The notes below the pieces were generated by a model. That model did not search any database and was not told the DNA's origin. It was given only the letters and a program-made list of their open reading frames with translations. A stretch of DNA of 64,000 nucleotides from Caecitellus pseudoparvulus (taxonomy: Eukaryota; Protista; Bigyra: Bicosoecida), in the NCBI GenBank assembly GCA_965644315.1, contig CBFFRQ010000020.1, positions 248,001 through 312,000 on the forward strand, written 5' to 3'. A program made the translations under genes and the position numbers. Shown piece after piece: positions 38,492 to 51,029 of this stretch (within the stretch, counting starts at the first letter, position 1; each line of letters opens with the position of its first letter).

Positions 38492-39547
38492 TCAGTCGCC
38501 GCCCTCCCCCGCCAACCACGCTGCCAGGCGGGGGCAGCTGTCCAGGCTGCTGTCATTGTCCACCGCCTCGTAGTCCACCCACTGCACATCCCGCCCCTGC
38601 AGGAACCGCCGCGTCATGAGCCGCAGCAGCGCGGCCGCCCTCCCCCCCCCCGGCACCTCCCCCAGCTCCTCATCCACATCGCCGTTCACGCACCCGCCGG
38701 CGTCGGGGGGGGGGCGCCCCCCCCACCTCCCCCGCCCACGGACCCGGCACACGCACACCCATGCCTGTGGCCAGGGGGTCCCCGCCCCCCTCCCCCCTGC
38801 CGAGGGGGGGGACACCGCCCCCCCCTCCTCCCCCAACCACGCCTGCGCAGCCGCCTGGTGGGCCCGCACCTCCCGGGACACCAGCGCTTCCCCCTCCACA
38901 CGCGCCTCCAGACCAGCCAGCAACACTGACGACAGCGTGGGCGGTGACCTGGCGGCGCCCTTGGCAGGGGCCGCCGCGCCGCCCTCCACCGCCGCCGCCA
39001 GGTCGGGCGCCCGCGCCGCCATGGCAGACGGCGAGAAGTACTCCCCTTCCTCCAGCAGCTGCAGCAACTTGGCGGTGCGCCGGCGCCGCACGGTGGTTGC
39101 CGCGTCGCGCGGCGCCACCGCAGCAGCTAGCCGGCCATACTGCGCCGCCACGCCGTCGTCCACCACGGCCGCCGGCGCAAAGAGCGCCAGCTCAGGCGGC
39201 GTCAGCTGCCCCCCGTAAATGCTGAGGAACGTGCCTGGTGCAGACGCTGCCAGGGCCCCTGCCGCAGGGGGGGAGCGGCTGGCGGCGCCGGCGCCCGCAG
39301 GGGGCCCATTCAATTTCCGCACCCCCTCCGCCCGCGCCGCCACCGCCTCCCCCACCGCCGCCAACTGCTCCCCGCTCACCGGCTGTGGCGGCATGTCCAC
39401 CAGCCAGGGCGGCTGGTCCCGCAACACCCTCCGGTTCAGCCGGGCTGTCGCGGCGCCCTGCAGCGCTGCAGTCAACGCGGCAGGGGGGGGCGCTTGCCGT
39501 GCTGCCCCCCCCGCCACCCCCTCCATGAATGCATCCAGCGGGTCCAT
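38492..39547 (-). CDS. CCDC97: CCDC97 (DUF2052) family protein
   Basis: VRRRRTAKLLQLLEEGEYFSPSAMAARAPDL and MTRRFLQGRDVQWVDYEAVDNDSSLD match the two conserved CCDC97 blocks. Confidence 0.8.
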   Translation of the reverse strand: MDPLDAFMEGVAGGAARQAPPPAALTAALQGAATARLNRRVLRDQPPWLVDMPPQPVSGEQLAAVGEAVAARAEGVRKLNGPPAGAGAASRSPPAAGALAASAPGTFLSIYGGQLTPPELALFAPAAVVDDGVAAQYGRLAAAVAPRDAATTVRRRRTAKLLQLLEEGEYFSPSAMAARAPDLAAAVEGGAAAPAKGAARSPPTLSSVLLAGLEARVEGEALVSREVRAHQAAAQAWLGEEGGAVSPPSAGGRGAGTPWPQAWVCVCRVRGRGRWGGRPPPDAGGCVNGDVDEELGEVPGGGRAAALLRLMTRRFLQGRDVQWVDYEAVDNDSSLDSCPRLAAWLAGEGGD

Positions 39548-39654
39548 ACCCCCCCCCCTCCACGGTCCTGCAGCGCGGGGGTGGTTGGTGGCGGGGTCAG
39601 GCGGGGTCACTGCATTTGGCCCGGGGCGGCGGCGGCCACGGCGAAGGGGGGGGG

Positions 39655-42600
39655 TCACAGGCGGGCGGAGGTGGAGCCCCCCTGGAGCCCCCCCCCCCCC
39701 TGGAGCCCCCCCCGCATGCGGGGGCGCAGCCGGGCGGAGGACACCATGATGTCCCCCTCGCCGACCTCAGGTCGTGCGTGGGGTGCTCGGGGGTGGCGGG
39801 TGGCGGCGCCCCCCCCCTCCCCCACCGCCGCATGCACCGCCGCCGCAAAGTCTGCATGCCAGGCCTGGATGGCAGGGGGCCGGGGGGCCAGGGAGCCCCC
39901 CCCCTCCCCTGCCCAGCTGTCCCCCGTCTCGGGGCGGCCCCTCATCCCCCCCTCCTCCTCCTCCTCCTCCCCCCGGGCGTGGCGGGAGGGGCCCCCCCCC
40001 AAGCTGTCCGCAAACACCCCCCTCCCCGCCCGTGACAGGAGCGACGCGTCAGCACCCCCTGCCCAGGGGGCATCGGGGGGGGGTGGCGCTGCACCACCTG
40101 GCTCCCGGGGCACACGCTGCCCAATCACGGCGGTAGGGGCGGCGGCGGCGGCAGCAGCTTGGCCCATGGTGGCGCCACCCCCCCGTCGGGAGGCGGCGGT
40201 CACTGGGCCCATGGATGTCGCCGACCGCCGCAGGGTGCGGCCACCCCCCCGCAAGGAGTAGGTGGAGCCGCCCCCCCCCGCGGCCCGCCCCAAGCGGGAG
40301 GGGGGGTCTCCCTCAGAGGAGGGGGGGGGCGCTACCATAGCTGGCACGCGGCGCCCAGGCCCGCCACCCCCCCCTGCCGCCAACCAGCCCCCCCACCCTC
40401 CGCCGCGTCGAATGCGGGTGCGCGGGTGGTGGACCCCCCTCATCCACCCCCCTGCCCCCCGCCCGCAGATCCTGCAGCGTCGGCAGGGACAGCTTGCGCC
40501 CTAGGATGCCAGGCAGGGGGCCCCTGCCCCCTGCTCTTTGCACCCCCCCTCCCCAAGCACCCGACCCCGCCCCCGGCGCCAGCGTCTGGGTGCGGGTGGG
40601 CACTGCCGCCGCCCGTCCGGGGCGTCGGAAGGAACCCGCGAAGCCCCCCCCTGGGGGAGGTGGACCCCCCTCCACCTGCTCTGCACCCCCCACCCGTCGC
40701 AGGGGGTGTCTCCCCCCCCTGCCCCCCCCTCGTACAGCAACTGCCGCTGGCGCCGCCCCACCTCCTCCGCCAGCAGTGGACCCGACACCGTCGTGCGCAG
40801 ACCCAAGCCGCCTGGCAGCTCCCGCGACGCGTACGCTGTCTGGTACAGCGTCACGGCGGCGTGGTTGTAGAAGGGGTTCCAAGGGGTGCTGGGGGGGGGG
40901 CCGCCCGCCGATGCCGGCGGCCCAGACATGCCGTGGGGGGGGTACGCCGCCCCCCCTGCCCCCCCTCCACGGCCCACCATGGCCAGTGTACCAGGGGACA
41001 CCGGTCCCCCCCCCCGCCCCGCCGTCGCAGCAGCAATGGCCCGTGCCCAATCCTCCTCACTGGCGCTCTGCATGTACCAGGGGGGGGGCAGCCCCGCTGC
41101 ACCTGCGATGGCAGCGGCGGTGGCGGTGAGGTACGCGGGGTGACCCGGCCCCCCCCCGCCCGCTCCCGCTGCTGTGCGCAGGAGCGATGAAGGATCGTAC
41201 GCCCCCCGCCCCCACCCCGGCGCCAGGGTGTACGCGGGGGGGGGGCGCCTCCTCATCCTCCCCCCTCCCGCCATCCACACACCCCCTGCGCCGGCGTGGC
41301 TGCCACCGCCCCCCCGTGCAGCGGCCGCCCGCGCCCCCCCCCACAAACTGCCAGGGGGGGGTGGCGCGCCCCCTCCGCCACCCGCCACAGCACTCGCCCC
41401 CCACCACCCTGCAGCAGCAGCAGCAGCGGCGGATGCGGACGCGGCGGGTGATGCGGACGCCCCCCCTGAAGTGCTTGGGGTACCGGCCCCGGGGGGGGGT
41501 GGCACGGCGCTGCCAGGCACTGCCCAGGAAGCGGGGGGACCCCCCACCCCCCCTCCCCCCTCTGTCGGAGGGGGCCCTGCCCACGTGACACCCCCACCCC
41601 CCTCCACCCCCTCCCCGCACCCATGGCGCCAAGTGCACCAGTGTCCCCACCGCCGCCAACAGACGGTGCGAGGCTTCCCGCACCCGCCGCCGCACCCGCC
41701 CAGCCGCCGCCGCCGCCAACGCAGCAACAAGAGCCTTGGCGGCAGCCGCCTTGGGGTGTGCTGTCCGCCCCCCCTCATCCCCCCCCCTCAACGCAGCGGC
41801 CAGTCGACGCCACTTGGCACGGGCCGCCGCCGCCAGCGCGCCCTGCCACTGAGCCGTGGCGGCGGCGAGATTGAGCACGAGCCAGGGCACGGTGGGGGGG
41901 GCGAGGGGGGGGGCGGGACCCCCCTCGCGCCCCGGCTTGGGCCGTGCACTGGGGGCATAGGGCAGGGCGCCCCCCCCCCCGAACACCTGCACCAACGCAC
42001 TGGACAGGCGGGTGAAGAGACTGGCCTCCCGCAGAGCCGCAGCGCCAGGGGCAGTGCCCCCCGCCACACAGGCCAGCCAGGAATGGCGGGCGGACACGGG
42101 TCCGTGCAGGGCGGCGCCGGCATCCCCCCCCCCCTCCTCCAGCGCCCCCGTCACCGCCGCATGCTGCGCCAGCACCGCAGTGGCGTACGCGCCCAGCGCC
42201 CGCTGCAGCCACGGCGGCTGCTGCCGCAGGGTCCGGGCGATGTCGGCGGCATCCGCTGCAGCCAGGGCGGCGGCGGCATCCCCCTCTGCTCTGGCGTACG
42301 CCGACAGGGCTGTTGCCATCACCACGCCCTTCATGTGGCGCTCCGAGGAGGAGGGGGGGGGGACACCGCCCCCCCCCTCGCCCAGGCGCCACCGCTGCGA
42401 GGAGGGGGGGCGGGTGGGGGCACCCCCCCTATCCCCCCCTCGACTGGCGGCACGGTCCCCCGCCCCCGCCACGGCGCCATATGCCGCCGTGGCCTTGCCC
42501 AGCGTCACCAGCGCCTCCGCCGCCACACCCGCCTCCTGCCCCCCCAGGCTCCAGGACCCCGCCCCCATGAACGCCACCACCACCTCCTCCAACACCCGCA

Positions 42601-44745
42601 CCCGCGCCAGAGTGCTGGACACCACCGCCGCAGACTGGGCAATGGCAGCAGCAGCAGCAGCGGCGGTGTCCCCCCCCGCACCCGCCCCACTCGCAGACAC
42701 ATCCCGCGGCCAGGGCTGGGCAGTGCTGCCGCGAGAGGTGGAGGCGGAGGAGGGGGGACGGGTGGACCCGCCCCCTCCTCCTCCTCCCAGCGGGAAGGAC
42801 CCCGTCGTGGCAGCGCCCAGCGGCATGCCGGAGTGCCGGAACCGCGGCGCCGCCTCCCCCCGCACATCCCCTGCCAGCTTGCCGTAGTCGGTGCTGGGGG
42901 GGCGCCGGCCCAGCGGCGTACTGGCGCGACTGCTCTCGGTCACGTGGTACTTCCACCGCGCCACCTCCCGCTTCAGACGCAGCACCGTCTCAGCCAAGTC
43001 TTCACGGGTGGGCCCACCCCCACCCGTGGAGGGGGAGGAGGAGGGGGTGGGGGACCCCCCCCCCCTCACGTTCAACTCCGCCATGATGGCTGCCAGGGCC
43101 GCCTCCTCCTCCTCCTCGCCACCGCCCTCCCCCGCCACTGCCAGCACTGGCCCAGACACGGCCGTCTGGGTGCCGGCGCTGGATGAGGCGGGGGCGGGGG
43201 CAGGGGCCTCCCACCAGGCACTGCCCCCCACCCCCAGCGCCGAGCCGTCAGCAGCATAGGCGCGTCGGCGGGGGGAGACGGAGGTGGAGGGGAGGGGGGG
43301 TCGACCCCCCCTCGCAGGGGGCGGCACCACCTGCACCCCCACACTGCGCATGGTGACAGCCCAGGACTGCACAGAGCGCAGGGGGGGGGCGGGCGCACCC
43401 ACCCGCCCCCCTCCCCCACTGCCAGTGCTGGCACCCCCCCTGCACCCCCCTCCTCGTCCTCCACACTGGACAACTGCCCCGTCCAGGTGCTGCCAGTGGC
43501 GGTGCGGGGGGGGGGCGGGGCCCCCCCCTCCTCCCCTCCAGCAGCCCCCCTGCACCCCCCTCCCCCCGGCACACTACGCACCACCACATGGGGCACCTCC
43601 ACCTGCACATCCCCCCCCGCGGCGCCCCACTCTGGCGCAGTGGGGGAGGCCACCACCCGCACCCCCCGCGGCGTCACCCGCCCATCCAGGCTGGCGGTGT
43701 CTCCCCCCCCACTGTCTGGGCGCAGGGTGAGGGAGGGGGAGGCGCCCCGGGCAGGGGGCTGCGGCGAGGGGGCGGTGTCCCCCCCCCCCCCTCTCGCCCT
43801 GGGGCTGTCTGCCAGCAGCTCCGCTTGGGGCCCCGCATACCCCTCCAGCACAGACAGGGCAGCGGAGACGGCGTCAGCAGCAGCGCTGGCACCCCCCTCC
43901 GAAGCCGTGTCAGGGGGGGCCGACCCCCCCTCGGAGGACTCGGCACCCCCCCCCCTCCTCCATGTGCACCCCCCCCCCGCCCACCGCCATGCCCTGCAGC
44001 CGCTGCCGTGCCGTCTCCACCGCCGCCACCGCCGCCCGCAGCTCGCGCTTCAACGTGGCGTTCTTGCCCACCAACTGCCCCACCTCCTCCCCCAGCCGCG
44101 CCACCTTGCGCTCCAGCATGGCCGAGTACGCCTCCTCGTCCCGCAGCTGCGCCGTCAGCGCATGCACCGCCCGCATCTCCCGACTCTCCTCCACGCTGCG
44201 CACGGAGCGGGCGGACTCAGAGGTGCCGGGGCGGGCAGGAGCTGGGGCAGGGGTGGACCCGGGGGTGGACAGGGGGGGGCCGCCGCCGCCACGCCGCCCT
44301 GCCCCGGACCCTGCTGGGGCAGGGGCAGGGGCAGGGGCGTCCTCCGCCCCCCCTTGCAGAAACGCCCAGGGACCCCGCCCCGCCGAGTGGCTGGTGGAGG
44401 CGCCCTCGCGGCCACTGGATGAGGTGGGACTGCCCCCCCCCCTGCCACTGCCACTGGGGCGGTAGGAGGAGGAGGAGGTGCCGGGGCGGGAGGGAGGGGG
44501 TGACCCCCCCTCCCGTGGCGATGGCTGTGAAGGGGGGGTGGACCCCCCACCCCCCGACCCGAGGGGGGGGGGCTTGCCTCCCGCCCCCCCCCCTCGGCGC
44601 CGGTCTGACCGCATGAGGGGGCGACCTGACCTGCGCCCCTGCGACCCCCCTGCCCCCCCTGCGACCCCCCCCTCCGCTGGCGCCCGTGATGTCCACAGCT
44701 GACACTCGGCTGGTGGGCGTGCTGCTGCCACCGTCACTGTCCGCT

Positions 44746-44778
<33 letters not shown>

Positions 44779-46969
44779 TCGCCCAGGGCCGACTCCGCCG
44801 TCTGCACTGCCACTGGCGCAAACACTTGCGCCTCCCGTAGCGCCCGCGTCGCCTTCAGCCGCCGCACAGTGTTCTGCAGCTCCCGGATGGACCCCTGCGC
44901 CTCGTACAGCTGGGCCTGCAGAGACTCCACCTCCCCCACCGCCTCCGCCAAGGCTTCCTCAGCACCCCCCTCCTCCCCCAGCGTGCCGCCGCTGGAGCCG
45001 TGGACACCGCCCCCCCCCAGGAACCCCAGGCCGGGGCCAGCGGGGGCGGGGGCAGGGGCGGTGCCCCCCCCTGCCTTGCGCGACAGACCCCCCCCCGGGC
45101 CGTGCGGCGACGGGTGCCCCGCAGCGTGACCCCCCCACACTGACCCCCCCTCCCCCTGTGGACCGCCTGCAGAGACCCCCGACGCCACTGACGCGGAGTC
45201 GTCGCCACCCCCCCCACCCCCTCCCCCGACAACTCCACCGCCCGGTACGCATCCTGCACTGCACTGCGCAGGTCCGCATCCATCAGCAGCTCCACCACCG
45301 CCCCTGCAGCGGACCGCCAGTGCGCCTTGCCCCCCCGCACAGCGGACCTCAGGGCGGTGCGCTGGGCACGCCCCCACGCTGTGGCGCCGGGGCCCCACCA
45401 GGGCTTGGAGGACCCCCCCCCATCCCCCCCTGACGAGGGGCCGGCGAAGGCCCCCCCCACCCCCCCATCAACCCCCCCGTCAATGACACGTGGCCGGGCG
45501 TACCCCCCCCCGCCGGGAGCCGCCACCCCCCCCCCCCTTCAGCCCCCCCCCACCTCCAACTCCGCCAGCAACGCTTCATTCTCCGCCTGTGCCGCCGCCA
45601 GCGCCTCTTGCGCCTCCACCAGCTCCACCCGCAAGTCCGCCACCTCCCCCGCCTGCCCGCTCACACTGGCCCGCAACGCAGCAGCCTTCTCCCGCAGCTC
45701 CACCACCTGCTTGTACCGTGTGTTGGCCTCCGCCGCCAGGCGGGAGATGGCAGCGTGGGCTTCATCCAGGTCCCCCCGCAGGCGGTCCGCCTCCTCCTCC
45801 GCCTCCCGCAGCGCCGTCGCAGCGGCCGTCTCGCTGGCGTCGCTCAGCTTGGCGGTGCTGGCTGCGATGCGGGCGGCCAGGTTGCTGACGTTGCCGGAGA
45901 TGCTGTCTTCCAGTCGGGACAGGGCGGCGAGACTGCGCCGCGCCTCGGCCAGGGCGTCACGGCGGGGGGCGGGGGGGGACCCGGGTCCCCCCCGCCCCCG
46001 CCCCCGGCCCCCGGGGGGCTGGACGCGGACAGGCGCAGGAGGGTGCTGTTGCGCCCGCCCCCCGCTGTGTGTGCGACAGCACGGTCGGACCCCGCCCCGC
46101 CCCCCGCCTCCGCCTCCTCCTCCAACGGCTCCAGCACCCCCGCGGCCAGCAGTGCCTCCGCCGCCGCCATGCGAGCAGCCTTCACCTCCTCCCCCAGCTG
46201 CAAGAGGTTCTTGTAGAACAGCTTGCGTTCCTCGTTGAACAGCGCCACGGTGCGGTGCAGGGTGGCGGCAGAGGTGGAGGCGGCGCCCTCCGCCGCCTCC
46301 ATGCGCTTGGTGCTCTCCTCGGCCCGCGCCAGGCTGCCCTGCACGGCGCGTTTCAGCTCCTTCTTGAACGACCCCAGCATCATGCGGTAGAAACCCGCCT
46401 CACGCTGCCGCACGAGGGTCATGATGATGCCGTGGAAAAAGGCGTCCCGGTCTTCCTCTGTCCCCGTCAACGCCTGCGCAGAGAGGAGGGCAGGGGGGGG
46501 GGAGAGTGACACGCCGTGCATCCGGCGGCTGAAGTGGTCGCACGCGACGAGGGGCTCCCACAGCCCCCTCCCGCCCGGCGCCCGCCACGCACCAAGTCGA
46601 TGAACTTGTCCTTGGCCTCGTCAATGGCTGCTTGAAAGGTGGAGTCCTGCGCCTCCAGCTCCTTGGCGCTGGCCCGCCGTGCCGAGTCCAGCGCCATCTG
46701 CGCCGCACGCGACGCGTCAACGGGTGCGCACGCACAGCGGGGTGCGCCGCGCCCCACAGCCCACGCACCGTGGCTGTGATGAAGGTCTCGTCAAAGGCGC
46801 TGCCGCCAGGCTCCACGGCGCGCAGTGGCTCCTCACCCCGCACCACCATGCGAGCAATGGCGGCGGCAGAGGCAGAGGCGGCCAGGCCCCCCTCCCCCTG
46901 CCGCCCGGGGGGGGGCCTGCCGCTGCCGCTGCCGCCCTCGCCACCGCTGCTGATGGCGGCGCTGAGCAT
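39655..46969 (-). CDS. Long coiled-coil / low-complexity protein of unknown function; frameshifted at G/C runs; 3' end uncertain
   Basis: ATG 46969, introns 46768-46698 and 46592-46474. Heptad-like segments (LREAEEEADRLRGDLDEAHAAISRL, EVESLQAQLYEAQGSIRELQNTVRRLK, REDLAETVLRLKREVARWK) lie in successive frames. Confidence 0.5.
44746..44778. repeat. (GCC)11 microsatellite encoding poly-Ala on the minus strand
   Basis: Read directly from the sequence. Confidence 0.9.
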
Positions 46970-47399
46970 GGTGTGGGCGAGGTGCGCCCCTCAGAACCGG
47001 CACTCTGGCCGTGCCAGCGAGCGGGGTCAGAGTGCACCCCCTGCGACCACACCTCGCAGAGGGACACGAGTGTTGTGTGCTGTGACGAGACACGCCTGCA
47101 CTCGGGCGTGTCGTGGTTTCGTGTCGCATGGACGTGTTTGGCATGCGCGTGGCGCTGCAAAGCGAGGGGGGGTGGCAGGGGGGTGCACTGGGCATCGCTC
47201 GTCCCTCCGTCAAATACCGCACACACACCCACGCGCGCACGCCACCCCGCGCCACCCCTCCCACATTCCACTCCCCTCCACCCCCCCCCTTGCCCCTGCC
47301 CCAGTCCCGTGCTTCGCACACAGTGCTCAGAGCCCACGTGCCGCCCCGGCTGCCCGTGTCGCACCAGCAGCCTCAGCGAAGCGCCAGGCGCCCAGCACC

Positions 47400-48627
47400 A
47401 TGGCCAGCGTCATGCGCAGCATCGAGAGGTTGGTGGCGGGGCACTCTGCCAACCCCGCGGCACTGCGCAGCCCTGCCCACACCACCGCTGATGGCAAGGT
47501 GGTGGCGTACTCCACCGCCAACTCCCAGAAGGAGAGCCCCCTGGCCAAGTTCTGTGCGTGCCGCCCAGCGAAGATGCAGTGCACCTGCTCTCAGACCCGG
47601 CAGTGCCCGGCAACCCGCCCGCGCCCCCGGCCGCACCGCCGCCCCTGCCTCCCTGCCCAGTCATTTCGGGTGGTGTCACCATTTTCTTCGAAACCTTCGC
47701 CTTTGGCCGTGCGTGCTCCCGCCGCCTGCAGGCAGCCACCGGCTGGCCTTCACACACACACCCCCCCCCTCTCAGACTTCCTGGAGATCCTGAAGATCGC
47801 CAAGGTGAGGTGCAGGAGCCAGGGCAGACGCCACCCCCCCCCTGCACACCCCCCTCCTCCCCCCTCCCCAGCAAACCTCCTCCGACTCGTACCCCACCAT
47901 CATCAAGCGCTTCACAGGCAGCAAGGGCCTGGCCGGCACGCTGGACGGCTTCTTCCCCTGGGGCTTCACGCAGTGCCTGGTGAAGGGCTCCGTGTTCGGG
48001 CTGGGGCAGGCCACCGCCAAGTCCATGCTGACGCCGCCGCCCTTCGGCATGTCGGACTCCGCCGCCATGGTGCTGAGCGGCGGCGTGGGGGGCTGGGTGC
48101 AGGGCATCATCATGTCGCCCCTGCTCCTGCTCAAGACCCGTGTCATGACCGATGCCTCCTTCCGCGCGACGGGCGGCGTGTGGGAGACCGCCCTGGCGTC
48201 TGCCCGAGTGGGGGGGCAGGTGGTGGCCAAGGAGGGCGTGGGCGCCCTCATGAAGGGCTCCCCCACCTTCGCCATGAAGCGCTTCTTCGACTGGACCACG
48301 CGCTTCTTCTTCGTGGTGCAGCTGGAGGAGGCACTGCGGCCGGAGCCGGGCGCCGCCCTGAGCCACACCACCCGCATGCTGTGTGGGCTGGGCGGCGGCA
48401 CGCTGTCTGCGCTGGCCACCATCCCCGTGGACGTGGCGGTGGCCACCATCCAGGACGCCAGCAAGGCGGGGCAGAAGGTGAACCTGGTCAAGACGTTCAT
48501 GGAGCAGGAGAACCTGCTTGCATTCGCGACGCGGGGGCTGGTGGCGCGGGTGGCGCACGTGGCCATGACCACCATGCTCATGAAGACGGGCAGCACGCTG
48601 GTGTACGACAAGCTGTTCAGGGAGTGA
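47400..48627 (+). CDS. Mitochondrial carrier (SLC25) protein, YHM2-like citrate/oxoglutarate carrier subfamily
   Basis: Exons 47400-47553, 47661-47708, 47776-47804, 47872-48627. GHFLEILK, GFFPWGFTQCLVKGSV, SPLLLLKTRVMT, IPVDVAVATIQ and RGLVARVAHV are carrier repeats similar to yeast Yhm2. Confidence 0.85.
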
Positions 48628-48670
48628 GCGCCAGGCGCGCCCCCGCCCACTGCAATGCACGCGGGCCAGT

Positions 48671-49698
48671 TCACTCCGGCGCCACGTACACCTTGGGCTG
48701 CGAGAAGATGGCCACTGCCTCGCTCACATCCGCCAGCTGTGCCTCCAGCTCCTCCGCTCGCCGCCGGGCCGCACGTGTCTCCAGCACCAGCGGCAGCCGC
48801 CCCAACTGCGCCTTCACGTCCGCCTCCGCCGCCTGCATGCGCTGCAGCATGGCCACGCGCTCCTCGTCAGGCATGGCCACCAGGCCAGGGGGGCAGGCAG
48901 GGTCGCCTGCCGCCGCTGCTGCTGCCTCTGCCTGCACCTGCCACTCTGCCTGCCGGCTGCGCAGGTATGACGGCACCTTGCCGTACCCTGGCCGCTCCAC
49001 TGCTCTCTTGGGTGCGGCGCGTGCTGGCGGCTTCAGCTTGCTGGCCTGGCTGGCGTTGGCCTTGATGAAATCCACTGACGCCACGCTGCCACTGCGCGAG
49101 CCGCCTTCTGCCACGGCTGCTGCCAGCTCCTCCCGTGTCGGCACGGCTGCTTTGCGGCTGCTTCTGCTGCGCCGGCTGTGCTGCACTGCACTTGGGCCGT
49201 CCGACGCCTTGCTCACGGCGGGTGCCTTGGACGTCGCCAGCGTCACGCCTTCTCCCCGGCGCAGGAACTTGCTCTGGGGACTGCCCCGCGCCGCGCCGCC
49301 ACTGGGCGCTGCGCTGCCTGGACCACCCGTCGCGGGTCTCGTCGTGGCAACTTTGGCTGTTGCCCCGGCGAAGCGCTGCATCTTGAACGGCTCAGGGGCA
49401 GGCTCGCCTGCCGCTTGCTGCGCCGCCTTGCGCTGCCTGGCAGCAGCACGCATGGCAGCGACGTTGGCAGCCATGTGGTTCTTGGGCTGGCCGCCTTGGC
49501 CTGTGCAGCGGGGGGGGGTGGGTGGGTGCATGCTGGTAACGCCAGAAACGCCTCCAGGCCCTCCAGGCCACGGGCACGCTGCACGACTCGCTGCCCTGAC
49601 GCACGGCGGACGGAATCCCGAAAGCCCCGGTTCTCTTGGTTCAGCGCGTCTGCCATGGCAGAGCCTGCCATGAGGCGCTGCCTGTTGACATACGCCAT
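48671..49698 (-). CDS. ENKD1: Enkurin domain-containing protein
   Basis: Intron 49604-49501. PKNHMAAN, FKMQRF, DFIKAN, YGKVPSYL, CPPGLVAMPDEER and AVAIFSQPKVYV. Confidence 0.85.
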
Positions 49699-50286
49699 GT
49701 GGAAGCGAGGCTTTGCAACTGGCTTGCTGCGAACGCCTGCACTGGCCTGACAAGTGCCGGCACCGCAGGCACGAACAGAGGGATATTAGAAGGGGGGGAT
49801 TTGGGCGACAGGAAGGGCCTCGACTTGCTCACTTGCCGTCAGTCTTCCTGTGGGCGGGTGGATATTGGCCATTGGCACAGCACCTTCAGACTGAAACGCA
49901 CCCTGTGCGCTGCTGCGGCCCTAGCACCGCCTCTTGCACAACACTGCGCCAAGAACAGCACGCCTTCCGTGGGATGGTGCGAGCAAGACGCCTGTATCTC
50001 TCCATTTCGAAAGTCTGAGCTGCCAGGTGCACGACTGCGTGCTTGCAGTCAAGCGATAATACAGTGAATTCAAGCGTTTGCCAACTTGCCTGGTCGTTTT
50101 TAGCGATTGCGCCGGATCAACGCGTACATTGTCCCCAAAAACCACACCCCCCTCTCAGTCACACCACATTGCAACTACCCATGTCATGTGCCTGTGCGCT
50201 TCCCCGTCCAGCTGCCCTTTGCACGGCGTGACTGCGCCGCGCCGCACCAGACGCCCTCCGCACCCACCACGCCGGCCGGCTCAGCC

Positions 50287-50998
50287 ATGTCCAGCAGCGA
50301 CGAGGACTTGTCCAGCGCTTCGGGCTCGGAAGCCTCTGGCTCTGGATCGGAGTCTGAGGAAGCTGCCGCGTCTGGTTCGCAGCCCTCCGCCATCTTCGCC
50401 ATTGGGGCGCGGCTGCTGCAAACCATGTCCACGGCGCAGGGTGTCGTGCTGGCTGCAGCAGCCTCTGCGTCTGCAGGTGAGGCATGGCGCCGCACAAGCC
50501 ACACACGGCACGCTGCACTCCCCCCTCCTTGAATCCTCTTTGCCCCATGCAGCCCATGCAGCGGCGGCAGCTGCCGCGACAAGTCAACGTGCTAGGTGCG
50601 AAACGCCTGCCCGAAACGCCGCTGGTCCCTGAGCGGCACCCTCGCGCACTTGCCGGCACGCCTTGCGCAGCGAACAAGGGCCAGGGCCGAGCCACTCTCC
50701 AGCCAGGCACAACGGTCGAGAAAAAACGACAGGGCGGCAAGGCAAGTCCCGGCGGCGCCGTCACCGCCGGGACCGTCTGCCAGCCGTTGCAGCGGTGGAC
50801 ACCGCCACGCAGCCCGTGCCTGCCGAAGCCCTCATGCGGCGCAGCCTGGGGCTGCCAGGCGGCGAGGGCAAGTCCGATGAAGGACTGCTGCTGACGCCTC
50901 GCACCCGTGACGACCTCATCACGGCCGCCATTGCCAAGTTGGTGGGGGGCGGGGCAGGTGCAGGCGGCGAGCGCCGGCACCGCCGACACCGCCGCTGA
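50287..50998 (+). CDS. Small hypothetical protein (acidic Ser-rich N-terminus, Arg/His-rich C-terminus)
   Basis: GCCATG start; exons 50287-50476, 50553-50595, 50671-50998 with phase-compatible GT-AG introns; no recognised domain. Confidence 0.5.
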
Positions 50999-51029
50999 CG
51001 CCGACCAGGTCAGCATGCATTGCGCCGCC

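Noticed and set aside
39672-39712. Short GGAGCCCC(n) triple direct repeat
   Set aside because: Explained by local homopolymer slippage encoding GGLQGG; no evidence of separate function.
31722-47400. Long overlapping Gly/Pro/Arg-rich ORFs in other frames (e.g. 32452-34905 +, 31855-34647 -, 41174-43186 +)
   Set aside because: Stop codons are scarce in extremely GC-rich DNA; these ORFs show no recognisable motifs.
46632-49673. 1013-aa plus-strand ORF
   Set aside because: It is a chance read-through: only exon 1 and the micro-exon of the carrier are in this frame, and the rest is intron, wrong frame or antisense to ENKD1.
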